A stretch of 55,305 nucleotides of DNA, the filler included, from Diploschistes diacapsis (taxonomy: Eukaryota), in NCBI GenBank assembly GCA_023645945.1. It is 5 parts of 5 records of this genome, joined end to end, with 100 filler letters (N's around TTAATTAATTAA, not from the genome) between each part and the next. Parts side by side here need not be neighbours in the genome. Positions count along the whole stretch, not along the records: positions 33,264 to 44,241 come from JALAIB010000868.1; positions 44,342 to 55,305 come from JALAIB010000869.1; 3 more parts are not named here. One strand, 5' to 3'. Both the position numbers and the translations under genes were made by a program. The notes beneath the pieces were generated by a model, which was not told where the DNA came from, ran no database searches, and saw nothing but the letters and a program-made list of their open reading frames with translations. Below, one piece after another: positions 37,839 to 50,036 of the stretch. Each line of letters begins with the position of its first letter. Within the stretch, counting starts at the first letter, position 1.

Positions 37839-38337
37839 AGGAAGGTGCGAATGCTTCCTGGAGTTCTAATACTTATTCAACCTGCTCCTAGACATTTACC
37901 TCGAAGCATCTGTTCCTCAGCTTCGTTCACAGAACGAAATTTATCACGCATAATGATCACGAATCTACATACTTGCCTCACGGCATTGGCTCCACGAATC
38001 GTTTGGACACACCCTACAAGAGCTCTAATTAGTCATGCATTTGTTTTTAGCTTGGCGTTGTGGATATGTCTCTCGAAGCATAGGCTCCAGCGGTGAGGCC
38101 TGCTTTCCTGAGTTGAACTTAGCATGTGTCGGGTTAACGTGCGTGAGAGGCAAACGGCCCTGCGCTGGAGGAAAAGAAACCGTACCCAACTGCGAGCTTG
38201 AGTTTAGTTTGGTACTTGGCAGACCCTAAAGATACCCCTTGGAAGCAAGTAAACAATATCAGTTTTTACGAACAAGACTTCCAGTTGATTATGTAATTTG
38301 CATTCTGATCTCAAAAATATCACGACTGATACAATCT

Positions 38338-38382
38338 CACACACACACACACACACACACTCTCTCTCTCTCTCTTTCTCTC
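38338..38382. repeat. Compound microsatellite (CA)n(TC)n
   Basis: Directly visible. Confidence 0.95.
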
Positions 38383-38849
38383 TTGCGGATTGACGTGATC
38401 CAAGTTCGAGGCGATATCGGAGGGGTGGGGAAAATCTCGCGACAAGAATTTCTGTGTATCGAGTCTATCGGTTAGCTTGACATTAGCCGAATGAGTTTGT
38501 CATCATCTCCCATAGCCAAGCCCTAAAAAAACCTTTTCCACAATAAGCGGGCCGTTCGACCAATGGTGGTAACATTTTCTAAATACTACCAACTCTTTCT
38601 GATCCTCTTCAGCCTACACCGACCTAAGCGGCGTTCTTGCCAGATGTTGCATCTTGCTCACCTCGATGATTCACGGCTTGTAGCGCATTGGGCCAAAAAT
38701 TCGTTTAGGTGTTGACCCTGCTTTTTTGGTCCGACGCCGGCCTGCAGAATGCTTCAGCGGTGGCCTCCAGTACATAGGCCGTCCTCACCCTGAGAAGGAC
38801 GGCCTTCTTCGCCCTTGAGGGTTCCCCAGAGGAGTCACGACCCGGCAAA

Positions 38850-39908
38850 ATGTCGATGACTGAAATTGGAGGGCCACAATTTTCTCTGCTAGACGCAGAG
38901 TGTCATGCGCTTTTGCCAGTAAAGTCTGCTGTGCCAAGTCAGAGGATGGAGGCCTTGAAGGACATTACCTTTGGCTCCGTATGAGCCCACATTTGTCCCA
39001 TCCATATGGCCCAACATGCTTATGTTGCGCAGATTGCAGGAATCACTGGCAAGCTCTTCGAGTATCCCTTCGATACGGTCAAAGTGCGACTCCAGTCGCA
39101 GCCAGAAAACCTACCACTCCGCTACTCGGGGCCGATAGATTGCTTCAAACAGGCGTTACGATCCGGTGGCTTCAACAGTCTATACCGAGGCGTTAGCGCC
39201 CCTCTCTTCGGCGCTGCCGTCGAAACGAGCAGCCTCTTCTTCAGCTACAGGCTGACGCAGAAGGCGGTTTCAGATACCCTAGGGCACAACAAAGAGGAGC
39301 CTTTGCCTTTGAGTGCGCTCGTAGCTTGTGGAGCCATCAGCGGCGGTTTCACTAGCGTGCTTCTCACACCCATCGAACTCGTGAAATGTCAAATACAAGC
39401 TGAGCCAGGGAAGTTGCTTGGCCAACCGAAGAATCCTTGCTCGGTCATTGCCTGTGTCTACAGGCATCATGGTGTCGTAGGATTCTGGAGAGGTCAATTT
39501 GGGACACTGATACGAGAGACCGGTGGATCGGCAGCGTGGTTCGGGAGCTATGAGGGCGTCACAGCCTTTTTCCGGAAACAGCATTCCCAACACCACTCTC
39601 TTCCTCTTGATGAAAGGCTCCAACCTCTACCAATCTGGCAACAGCTCCTAGCTGGCGCGAGCGCTGGTGTAAGCTACAACTTCCTGTTCTATCCAGCAGA
39701 CACCATCAAGTCTCGAATGCAGACCGAAGAGGTGGTGTCCTCGCTACGTGGCCAAAAACCTTCATTCTTGGACGTCGGCCGAGCCTTGTGGCGACAGCAA
39801 GGCCTGAGTGGCATGTACAGAGGATGCGGTATAACAGTCGCAAGGTCCGCTCCGAGCTCTGCCTTCATATTTGCCATTTACGAATCTTTACGAGGCTACT
39901 TTGGCTAG
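38850..39908 (+). CDS. Mitochondrial carrier, ornithine-transporter (ORT1/Arg-13/AmcA) type; exons 38850-38978, 39033-39908
   Basis: KDITFGS|IAGITGKLFEYPFDTVKVRLQ, PIELVKCQIQ and PADTIKSRMQ (three carrier repeats); RETGGSAAWFGSYE. Confidence 0.9.
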
Positions 39909-41865
39909 AGGTCAAGAAGCAAGGCGTCTGGCGTGCCACCAATAGGGGCAACAATTATCCCATCCGCTTGGAAGCAGGGAATGTTCGGAGCATCTCCGGT
40001 GTTATCAAGCTCGGTTTGATTGAGCAATATTCATGCATATTGGTACGGACTGGCCGGCGATAGGGCGTTATAGACGGATGGATGACGTACATAAAAAGCA
40101 CGACACCTTTCAATGGAGGTTTTTCAAAAATGGAATCTACTCAGTACCAATTTGATACTGAACGGGAATTTTGACGAGTCCTGCTTTCAACGGGATGGCA
40201 TATCTACCAGAAATGCTCCACACTTTTCACTCAGGTAGACTTACGGTAATGCCTCAAGCAGCAGCATCACCCATCGAAGTGTTTCCGCCGTCATTTATTC
40301 TTGCGCTACACCTGCCACCTACTTCCTACAACTTACCACTTAGGCTAGCAATCGAAGTACTAGTATTGAGTAGCTGTATACTACTCATAGTGGCAGCTAT
40401 GCCTGCTTTGAACCGCACAACTAACCTCTGAAGTCTCTGACTGACTAGGAAGTCGCATTGCTCGACATGATTAGGTACCAGCCCATATATATATATATAT
40501 ACACAAAATTGGCTCGGTTCTTCATCCAAGCGACTTCGGATTTCTTGTGGCTCTATGGTCTTTTGGAACCTTTAACCACTATTAGACGAATCACCCAAGA
40601 TGAAATTCAATTTGGCAATTGACCCCCTAACACTGACAAACGCGGGAGAAATACACCACTCTACTTGGGGACCGATCAATACCTGAGAATGCAATTTCTG
40701 GCTGGAAACACTATGCGGAAAAGCTCCAAAGCTTGGTAAAGAAGCTGGCGTACCACAAAGCGATGGAGCCAAATCTCCATCAAACCGTTTAACACACCTG
40801 CGGCAAGCAAGAACAAGGCTTACCTCCAGCGGGATTTCGTTGCGCAAACACTTTGTATGATCCTTCGTCACGCAGTCATTGAAAGTCCGTCACTCACACT
40901 GTCTCATCTTTAGTGGTTTCTCTACACGGTACCGCCCGCCGCAGCCAGGAGTAACTTGTCTACTCAGGAGAAGGAGACGTGGAATGATGTCATGAGCCGG
41001 GCTATTATGACGGCGGATTTAATTTTGGACACCATGCCTGGCATGTTGGATATGATGGTCAGAGTACTTATCCCGGACAACGGGGTGCCCAACCTAGCTT
41101 TGGTGAGGAAATCAAGGCAATCGCAAGAGACCTCAAGTCCTAGCATATCGGGCATGAATAAGGGGCGATAAGCAAGAATTCTAGAGATTTGGCGAGGAAA
41201 AAGTCGGTCATTGAGGACAGCGCTCTAGGAAAAGAGCGGTATTAGAGACAGGAAGCTCATCTACGATTCGGTTCGCCTCTCTTATCGACCTTTAGTTTAT
41301 GTCCCCTGCAAAATCTGTTCTCTATGGAATATCGAGCATGAAGCTTTTCCTACTGTTGCACACTTGATATCCCCAATACAAGGAATTGCTTCGTGCTCCC
41401 CAACAACTGCAGGTAGTCCCTATTAAAGTGGTTGCCACTCTGAACAATGGAGGATCCAGGTTGGTTGAAATTTCATTCACTCAATCCGAGAAGATGGCTC
41501 TGAAAGGTTCTTGCCAGCATCGAGCATCCCCTACAATTTGGTGGGCCATTGCTACTAGTTGCTTTTGTCGAGCTCTGCCCTCGGCCCTTTCCGTAAACTT
41601 ACCTTGCTAGTCACGGCAAGAGCAAGCCGGTTGCTAAGATATCACTGATCCTTCTACTCATTTCACGTCTCTGTCTCTTCTGCTTCCTCTAATATATCTT
41701 GCTACGCGGCCCCATTGTTGTCACTATTCATTGAAGTATTAGAAGCAGACTTTAGTAACACTCGTTTCAATCCCTCTAAAGCCACCATCTCTATTTCCTA
41801 TCGATGCCTCACTATCGTTAGCTCGCTTCTTTTGGGACAATCCAGCCTGCTACACTGTCGCTTCT

Positions 41866-44220
41866 ATGAAACGATTCACCAAAATTTCACTGAACACGTC
41901 CCCAACCAAGCGAGCAACCATCTTTGGAGCGCTCCTACTCTATGTCGCGGTTATCCTCCCGCTAATCACTGCGATCGTGTTGCTCATAAAGGGTATTGAG
42001 CCTCATACCTCCATCCTCTGGCGCCTTACTTTAGCTCACCTTACCGTTCTGTTCTACTGCCGTATCTGCTGGGCTTCCTTGGATTTGGTCAAGGTAGTCT
42101 ACCTACAATGGCAGTATACGGGCTCTCACAAGGTACATGGAGCATTTTCCACGATTCTGTTATGGTTTGCCTGGGCTGGTATGTCGGCTGCGTGGGGAAC
42201 GCAACTTAAAAGCATGTGGGACGCTCATCCATCTTGGAGGCATCAGGTACATACCAGTAATCGTACAAAGTTTATTTTCTTGTTCTCCGGATCCTTGGTC
42301 GCTTACGATACTTACCTATTCTTGACCTTGGTTGGGAAGCACTACCCGTCGAAGTACCAGCAACCATCCGTGGCCGAACTTGCTGATTGGCTTGAAGTGA
42401 ACGCTCTCGGTGTGCCTCGGCCGGAAAAAGTCAAGAAACCAAAGGTCGATTCGTGGACGATAGGGCTGTTGAAGCATACCGGGTCAAGGTTGATGATAGC
42501 GTGCCTGTGCCTCGGCCTAGGATTGAACATCATACTCATTGTACTGGGCAGCTCTGAACGGTTACAGTTGAAGGTTAAAGTTTCCCCCTTCGTCCTTTCC
42601 TTCCTGGGGCTGATTCTCCTCCTCTACACCTGGGCGAATCTTGTCCTCGTGTTTGGAACGAAGATGCAGTGTAGCCGTTCGCTGAGGCTGGCAGCTCATA
42701 CAGCGGGTGCTTCTCAAGGTTGTCTCCTCATTACATCAACCTACGGGTTACTGCAGTCCAACTATGGATTAGAGCTTGGAGCATATGGTCTCTCAAGCTC
42801 GTTAAACGTCTTCGCCTGGCTTCAAAGGATCCTGGTGACCCTACTTCTACTCGCAGCCCTATGTGACTTCTGGATTTCGAATCACAGGGAGCACCGTCTG
42901 GTTCGGAAGTTCGCTGAAGCATTGAAACAGCTTCGTGGTAGCATTGGACAGTGCTTCGGCAGGCTGAAGCAGCGCCGCTCGGACGCTGATAATGCCGACA
43001 TTGAAGCAACGCCTCAGTTAGACGGGACTGCTGAAAACCGAGGAGATTGTTCGCCTCAGATATCCGGCACTGCAACGCTTTCGGCTCTAGCCGCACGTAT
43101 TAGATTGTCTCGCTGGAGGGCTTCCAAAAGAGAAGTGAAGGCACAGAGCGACAGGAAGTCACCAAAGCACAAGTACGCCGACGAGATGGAAGTAGTGGTT
43201 GGACTCTTCGCCCTTGTTTTCCTCATCGGCGTGTTCTCAGTGCTCATCTTTACGTTGACGACAAAAAGTTCGCCGATAGATAAGAAGAACGCTGCTCACA
43301 TCGCGAACATGGTCGCACTGGTCGTCGTCGGTCTCCTACTGGCCGCCACAATTGCCGGAGGCCTTGTCCGACTACGGCAGACACGGTACTCCACGGAGGA
43401 GCTTTCGAGACGAGACTCGCTCCTCGCACCTAGCCTAGTGAAATCGCGCAGGGAATCAATACCGGCCACAGACATGTTCACTTTCGAGCACAATTCCGTA
43501 TACTCGACGCAGACGCCAAGAAGCCGCTTCATGAGCCCCGCCATGAGCGGCGCTTCGTCTCCCATCAGGAGCCCTACAAGATCTCGCCGCGGCACAACGA
43601 CGGTCGGATGCCGGGCCCCCCAGATCGAAGAGCAGGACTTTGCACCCCACCCCAGCATCTCCGAGGCCGTCTCCGCCGCTCTCCTCAACCGCAAGTCCAC
43701 CGTCGGCCTTCCTCCAGCAGTGCACGCGCCCATGACGCGAAACGCAGCCGTCCATCCCACGGGGCAGGAACCACCCCGCGCATTCGGCGCGCCCACGACA
43801 GCTCTCGCCGACCCAAGTCTCGGACCACCGAAGCGCAGGCCCACCGTGACCTTCGCCCTGGACGGCAGATCCCCCAGCCCGCCAGACGAGCACGAAGACG
43901 AGGCCGACTGGGAAACAACCTCCAGCTCCACCCACCCCGGCGAGCAAGCATCTCCCCACGCGGCCATAGCTGCTGCAGCAAGGATGCGGTCGCACTCCCT
44001 GGACGGCAGCGCGGAGGAGGCTGGGCTCATGGAAAGAGGGGGCGGAGATGGCAAAGAAGGGGGAGGGAGGAGCTTCCCGCTGTCGCATGTCGAGGTGGGG
44101 AATGGGATGCATACTGTGCGGGCGCCGAGGAGACAGCCGCGCTTGAGCGTGCTGTCGGTTATCAAAGAGGACGGACAGAAGAGGTCCGGGGCGGAGGAGA
44201 AGCCGGGGGGGCCGCTTTAG
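41866..44220 (+). CDS. Hypothetical multipass membrane protein (784 aa) with a disordered Ser/Pro/Arg-rich C-terminal tail
   Basis: Uninterrupted 2.35-kb ORF. About 10 hydrophobic stretches in three groups, then a low-complexity tail. No family recognised. Confidence 0.75.
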   Translation: MKRFTKISLNTSPTKRATIFGALLLYVAVILPLITAIVLLIKGIEPHTSILWRLTLAHLTVLFYCRICWASLDLVKVVYLQWQYTGSHKVHGAFSTILLWFAWAGMSAAWGTQLKSMWDAHPSWRHQVHTSNRTKFIFLFSGSLVAYDTYLFLTLVGKHYPSKYQQPSVAELADWLEVNALGVPRPEKVKKPKVDSWTIGLLKHTGSRLMIACLCLGLGLNIILIVLGSSERLQLKVKVSPFVLSFLGLILLLYTWANLVLVFGTKMQCSRSLRLAAHTAGASQGCLLITSTYGLLQSNYGLELGAYGLSSSLNVFAWLQRILVTLLLLAALCDFWISNHREHRLVRKFAEALKQLRGSIGQCFGRLKQRRSDADNADIEATPQLDGTAENRGDCSPQISGTATLSALAARIRLSRWRASKREVKAQSDRKSPKHKYADEMEVVVGLFALVFLIGVFSVLIFTLTTKSSPIDKKNAAHIANMVALVVVGLLLAATIAGGLVRLRQTRYSTEELSRRDSLLAPSLVKSRRESIPATDMFTFEHNSVYSTQTPRSRFMSPAMSGASSPIRSPTRSRRGTTTVGCRAPQIEEQDFAPHPSISEAVSAALLNRKSTVGLPPAVHAPMTRNAAVHPTGQEPPRAFGAPTTALADPSLGPPKRRPTVTFALDGRSPSPPDEHEDEADWETTSSSTHPGEQASPHAAIAAAARMRSHSLDGSAEEAGLMERGGGDGKEGGGRSFPLSHVEVGNGMHTVRAPRRQPRLSVLSVIKEDGQKRSGAEEKPGGPL

Positions 44221-44241
44221 GGTAGGAGTGTAAGTCTAGTG

Positions 44242-44341
44242 NNNNNNNNNNNNNNNNNNNNNNNNNNNNNNNNNNNNNNNNNNNNTTAATTAATTAANNN
44301 NNNNNNNNNNNNNNNNNNNNNNNNNNNNNNNNNNNNNNNNN
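44242..44341. other. Artificial contig spacer
   Basis: N44-TTAATTAATTAA-N44. Confidence 0.98.
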
Positions 44342-46269
44342 TTCTAGGGGTTCTGGCCGTCAACGCCAATTTTCCAACCGGATCTGTTAATTTCCTCAAC
44401 GACTGGAAAAGACATAGTCGTGATGATGGACGCACAAAAGTGTGTGGCCTGCAGTGCAGTGGTGGCTCAATATGATTTCCACGGCCTAACGTCTCAGGTA
44501 CGAGGGAGGGGAGAAGTCACCAGCAGGTTAGCGCCGGAAAACGGACGTGAGGGAAGCCGAGAGAAATATTGCCCCCCACACTGTGCTTAAATATATGCAT
44601 ATAAATGGAAATGTATAGAAAATATCCGCTACATTCAGGTGACCCTGTGCGTCCCGCAAGTGGCCCCCCCTTGGTTGGCTTTTCTTATTGGAGTTCATGA
44701 AAAAGGCCTTGTGCCAATAGCTGTGCTGCCCCTGCATAGGTGCTTCGCATAGGCCCATGGACGTTGTTGTAACTTTTCAAAGATGCATGCATATATTCTG
44801 GCGCAGGAAGAAAGCGTAGATAGAGATTGGGGAATCTCCAGCTTACATAATACTTGGGCTGCCTCCCAAGTTGAAATGCAGTACAACTGTAACAGAAACA
44901 GGATGATGATGGAAACAGTGCAGATTCGCAATCCCCGCCGTCCACGTGCGTGCTAGACAAAGCTGAGTAGCGATCAGCGGTGAGAAGCTGAATATTGTCC
45001 CAAGGCCTTGGTTTTGGGGGCCGGGCACAACGGCCCCACACTATTCAAGATCTTCTTCTTCCTTCTTTTCAATTTGCAGCTCAGTAAGACACATTAGCTT
45101 CAGCTTGCCACGAGAGAACCGGTTAGAATTGCCCCCAGCATGTGAGACAATAGTGATGGGGACCTTTGCTTTTTTGTTTCTGTTTCGTCCCTGCCTTGGC
45201 TGTTTCCGAAATGGGAATGGGATGCTCCAGTTCTCCTCCATTCGGACGTGGCAATTAAAGGTAGGAGATAAGAAGCAAAACCACCAACCTTGATGCACGC
45301 AGTCAGTATCCATCCTCCTGCGCCAACAAAAAGAGACAGATACAATTTCGACCGGAAGTTCGGTCATACGAGCCGAGCCGGTTTCTCGAATAGCCAATAT
45401 TATTGCCATCTATAACCTGCACTTTAAGCGAGCATGCATAAGACACGTGGGTATTAAGCGAGCTTGCTTCTCTCTCCTCGCCCCCTTCAGACACACACAC
45501 ACACCCCTTCTAGTAAGTAGTCTCCGACGTCTAAACTTGCCCTGGTGCCCCCTCCCTACTTACCTATTCTATTACCAATCAGCAACTCGCTGCTAGGCTC
45601 AACTGGCCAACTCTCCCCATGCCATGCTGTGCACGGCTGTAGTTCCCCCCCCCATACCTCCCTGGTCATGTAAGCTTCCTCAGTCCTCCAAGTAAAACCA
45701 CGCCGACAGCACCAGCGGAGAAACCACAGAGCCGAGGTTAAGCCCTCGTACCTTGTGCACTTATTCAAACCATTTTTTTCCATCCAAGATATATATATAT
45801 ATATACTCCGCGCCATCCACCGTGGAAAGCTGCAGTGCTATTTGGGAGAGGGACACTCTACTACATTGCTGGTATTTGGCGGAGAGGGGGTCGGGTTTTG
45901 GTGACAGCAGAGCGCCGGCTTGTCGGAACCGATTCACACTAATACTGATAAGCAAGTGAAGCCCTGCCATCATCCTCTGCTCGCGAGGCCTTGCTATAAC
46001 TCTAGTATCTAACATGCCCCGTCGCAAGGAGCACGATAACTCCGTTGACACTGAACCATCTATGCCCTCTGTATCAAATACCGCTTTCCCTTCCCCTGTA
46101 AATATCTATTCGAGCAAGCGAGCAAGCGTTGCAAGCACGTGTTCCCATCCCACAAACATGCCGCTACCATGGACACCCGCATTACATCAGCAACCACAGC
46201 CAAGTGGCCAGTGCATTGCCCACAGCGCACTGGCTCCATTCCCGTCAGATCCCAAAAACCCATTTCCCC

Positions 46270-49156
46270 CTAATACGCAATCCTCTTCGCCCTTTTCAAA
46301 ACCTCCGCCGGCAGCTCGCTTTCCTTCACAAGGCCGAGCTCCAGCAAGTCGCCCCACAAGAAAAGCGCCCTGTCTTGTGCGTAGGCTAGGTAGTCGAACT
46401 CGGCTTCATCCTCTTCTCCTTCCTCCTTTCCATCTCCTAGACCCTCTCCCACTCCATCTTGCCGCTTAGCATCGAGGTTACCGTCACGTGGCGGCCTCTG
46501 TGCCTCAAGCTGCTGCTCCATCTGTTCGACCTGCCTCTCCCGCTGCTCAGCCACACCCTCAGCACTTCCACGACCAACGCCGCCCAGCAGGTCCATCGGC
46601 CTTTTTGGCGAGATCTGGCTCCCACGGCTTTGCTTGGCCGCTTCCCGGCGTCGGCCTTCTAATGCTTCCTCCATGCCCTGGACTTTGGCCTGCACGATTC
46701 CCCACGCGGTCCACAGTGCGGAATTGGCAACCCGCCAGAGACGCGTATCGGCTACCAATTTCTCGACCTGCTTCTTTAGGCCTGCGTCCCGCGCTGCTTC
46801 CTCCTCCGCGTACGAGTAGTTAGGTGGGCGTCTGGCGTCGAGGTTGAAGGAAGCGAGTGAGGTTGAGAGGGGAAGGGAAGAAGATCCGGTACGGGCGAGG
46901 GTCGACGGGCCGTCACCCGTGGCACTTTCGCTCCTGACCAAACTGCCGTCGACTGAAGAAGCAATAGACGGAGTAGCTAGTCCCGATGCTGATGGAATGC
47001 CGGGGCGGTGCTGAATGTAAGCCTTTATGAACCGACGCTGCTCCTCGAAGCGTGGGTAGGCAGCTACGTTGCAGGCCCACGGCGCGGAGGAATGGTAGTT
47101 GTAACACCACTCCGTGAAGTGGTTTGCAAATTCTAGCCCGGGGGTATTAGCGTTTGCGTATTCGAAGTCGATGACTACGAGCTGCTTGTGCTCGTTTGAA
47201 GGGTGGAGTAGGGGAGATTCGCCGGTTGGCTCGATGCGGAGGATGTTGCCGTACTGAGCCTAAGGATGGCATAAGCAATGTCAAGGCGAGGTAAAGACAG
47301 CTGCGAAAGGAAAGTAAGGTAGGAGAAGAAGAAGAAGAAGGGAGGGGGGGGAGGATCTGTTGACAGCCATACATCGTTATGGGCAAAGACGAGCTCATCT
47401 CGAACGCCTTGCTTGCCGTGGTACTTCGCGTCCAGCCACTTGCGGTAGTTTTCCACTGCTTTGCGAAACGAGGCCCATGGGACGCCGCAGACGAGACCTC
47501 GTAGTCTCCAAAGGTCGGCTTTGGATTTCGAAGCTTTCGTCTGCAACATGATTTGCTCGTCGAGCCATGACGTGATCTCTTCACAGCGCTTCACCCACTT
47601 ATCCCAGTTCTGCCAAACCAGGGGTCCAGCGGAGCGTTCCTCGTTGGTCAACTCAATGCCATCATGCAACTCACGCATACGCTTGGCGATCTGTTTCGAT
47701 ACCTCCGGATGCCTAAGGTCTTTGGGTGTCAAAGGACTTGCATTGAGATATTGTTCAAAGCGACCATTGAGGAAAGTGCCCAGAAGACGAGGTCCGATCT
47801 TCTTTCGAGCAAGTCGCTTCAAAATCTCAAGCTCCTTCTCACGGTCAACGAGGTGTCCAGCTTGAGGACCATATATACGAAGCAGAAGTTTTCTTCACCA
47901 TTTAGCGCAGCAAACTTAGACTTTAAGCGAACTTACATTGGCCGCCTCTTTGGTAGGTAGGTTACTTCATTCCCCGGTTCGGGCATCTCAGGTAGTGTTG
48001 CGGGAGGTGAGACCATGTAGACTGCGTTTGTTAGTGCACCGCTGATCCTCTGCAACCCGATATCGGGCCCACGATCAAGCGCTACCCTCCTCCAACCTTT
48101 AAGGCGTAAAGTATGGGTAAGTCGGATGATTTCGCTCTTGAAGTCCAGCCAATCTTTCCTCTCTTCAGCATTCGCGTAACCAACTGTCCGCGAGTTATCG
48201 AGCACTACCTCTGTGCTTGGGATAATCGGCTCGCCGTCATGATACTCGGTATCGGACGGATGTCCATATGAAGGTGCTTTTGCTAATTTCTTCGACGAGG
48301 ATCTGCGCTTGAGTAAGCGTTGTCCTTCCTTCTCCAGGGGTCTTGTGAGCCGCTTGGCCAGGGCTGAATGTTCTGCTACGATTTTCTCTAGTTTTTGAAG
48401 CGCTAAATCTGCATCTTCTGAAGCTAGTACTTTGTAAGCTCTTCATGTATGGTTCCTTCTACTCTAGCTAAATACCTACCTCTAGGCGGAGCCGCTTGCA
48501 GACGATTCGCCTTCTCTTCTCGTAGCCATGTTGATACTTGCGAAAGAAGATGGCTGTGGGGGTCATCTAAGTCACACTGGTCAAGTTCTGCTGAAGTATG
48601 TCCGGCTGGGAGGAGATTGGGGCTCTTTGTAAGTCCGTGGCTGGAGAACTTTGGAAGTTGCTCGAGGGAAGGTCTATCATGCCGTCCACTTAGCCTCTTC
48701 GCATTGCGAACGCGGTGGTACTTTGTGCTCTGCGATAAAGAGTTACTGATGGGTTCTCCAAGCTCAGAGTTAATGGTTTGAATGCCCTCTGGTTCCGCAA
48801 TCGTTACAGCTGTTTGAAACGCCATGTAAGCTACCTAAGCAGAGAGAACAGATGGTTGAGGTTATTTGACCTATATGGAAAGGCGAATCTTGGAGATGGA
48901 AGTGACGGGAGGCAGAGTGATATAGCAGAGGCATGACTTTCATGTGGAAGGAAATCTAACAAATGCGACCGTGGCGCCTCAAAGTATGGGAAGACAGAGG
49001 GAGAACATGGCAAGCAATGAATATTGGATGATGGCTATTGGATAGATAAGACTGTGGAATAGTATTCCAATAAGACAACTCACCTTTGGGCGTCAACATG
49101 GCTTTCGGCCTCGCATCACTTGAAGATCCATCTGCTATCATCTTCCCGTCTGCCAT
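46270..49156 (-). CDS. CKI1: Choline/ethanolamine kinase; exons 49156-49084, 48809-48480, 48423-47937, 47892-47373, 47259-46270
   Basis: HTLRLKGWRRV, ISGALTNAVY, KLLLRIYGP, NGRFEQY, VFAHND|AQYGNIL (Brenner motif), VIDFEYA, FANHFTEW and FDYLAYAQDR. I traced four GT-AG introns that preserve the frame. Confidence 0.92.
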
Positions 49157-49283
49157 GTTTGATATAGACGCACATTACCAAACCTAAGGACTGCAACAGG
49201 ATGCTGGCAGATACAGACAGCAGGAGCTGCAAAGCAACCCTGAGTTGCAGAGAAGTGAAAAGAGAGAGTTGTTGTTGGCTGCC

Positions 49284-49313
49284 TTGTGAAGTTGTGAAGT
49301 TGTGAAGTTGTGA
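49284..49313. repeat. (TTGTGAAG)x3.5 tandem repeat upstream of choline kinase
   Basis: ttgtgaagttgtgaagttgtgaagttgtga is directly visible. Confidence 0.8.
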
Positions 49314-50036
49314 CGAAGAGGGTTATACTAGTCGTACTCTAGTCCCTTTATAGTCAGTCCCTTATCGGACCCTTGAGCTACAGCTCTTGGGCAGGGTTGA
49401 AGTCTGGCGTTTGAAGGACTAGTTAAAGACTTGAAGTGAAAGCTTTGATCGACTCGGGGCTCTGCGAAGAAATGCAACAAGGCCACTATCAAAGTCAAAG
49501 TGTCATGTACGTTATGTGCAGTCCCACGTGTCTATGGAGGAGGTACATTTATCCACCCAAACAAGTGGCTCCGAATCAGAATCTAGGACCTGTTCCATAC
49601 CATACCACGTAAATATATTTATAATCGTGTGGCATCTTCAAACCAGAAGACCACAAGAAGTCGAGGTTGTCATGATAGCAGTCGTAGCAAACACCCATAT
49701 TTGATTAGAAGGCTGTTGCTGTTAGTCATATCCAAGTACGCATGTTTCTAGGAGAATGAAGTCCAAGTAATATATTGTTGCTTGTCAAACTGTGCACTCC
49801 TTTCAATCCATGCCAATTGAGTTCCTGAAACTACTCTTATATATGTGGTTCAGCATGTAACAGTGAATGTAGTAGTAGTGCTCGTATTGGGTGTGGCTAA
49901 GTGGCTATGTCTATGTAGGACTCAACTGGGGAAATTGCTGCGGAAAACCGCATGTACTTGATCCTGCTATACAGGGGCAGGCTTCAGTTATTCACTTCAT
50001 TTACGCTGCAAAGTCCTGGAAATACGAATTCTCAAG

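Noticed and set aside
43296..44225. Several long overlapping or antisense ORFs (also at 54386-55060 and 21002-21984)
   Set aside because: They are shadows of GC-rich real CDSs with few off-frame stops and have no motifs.
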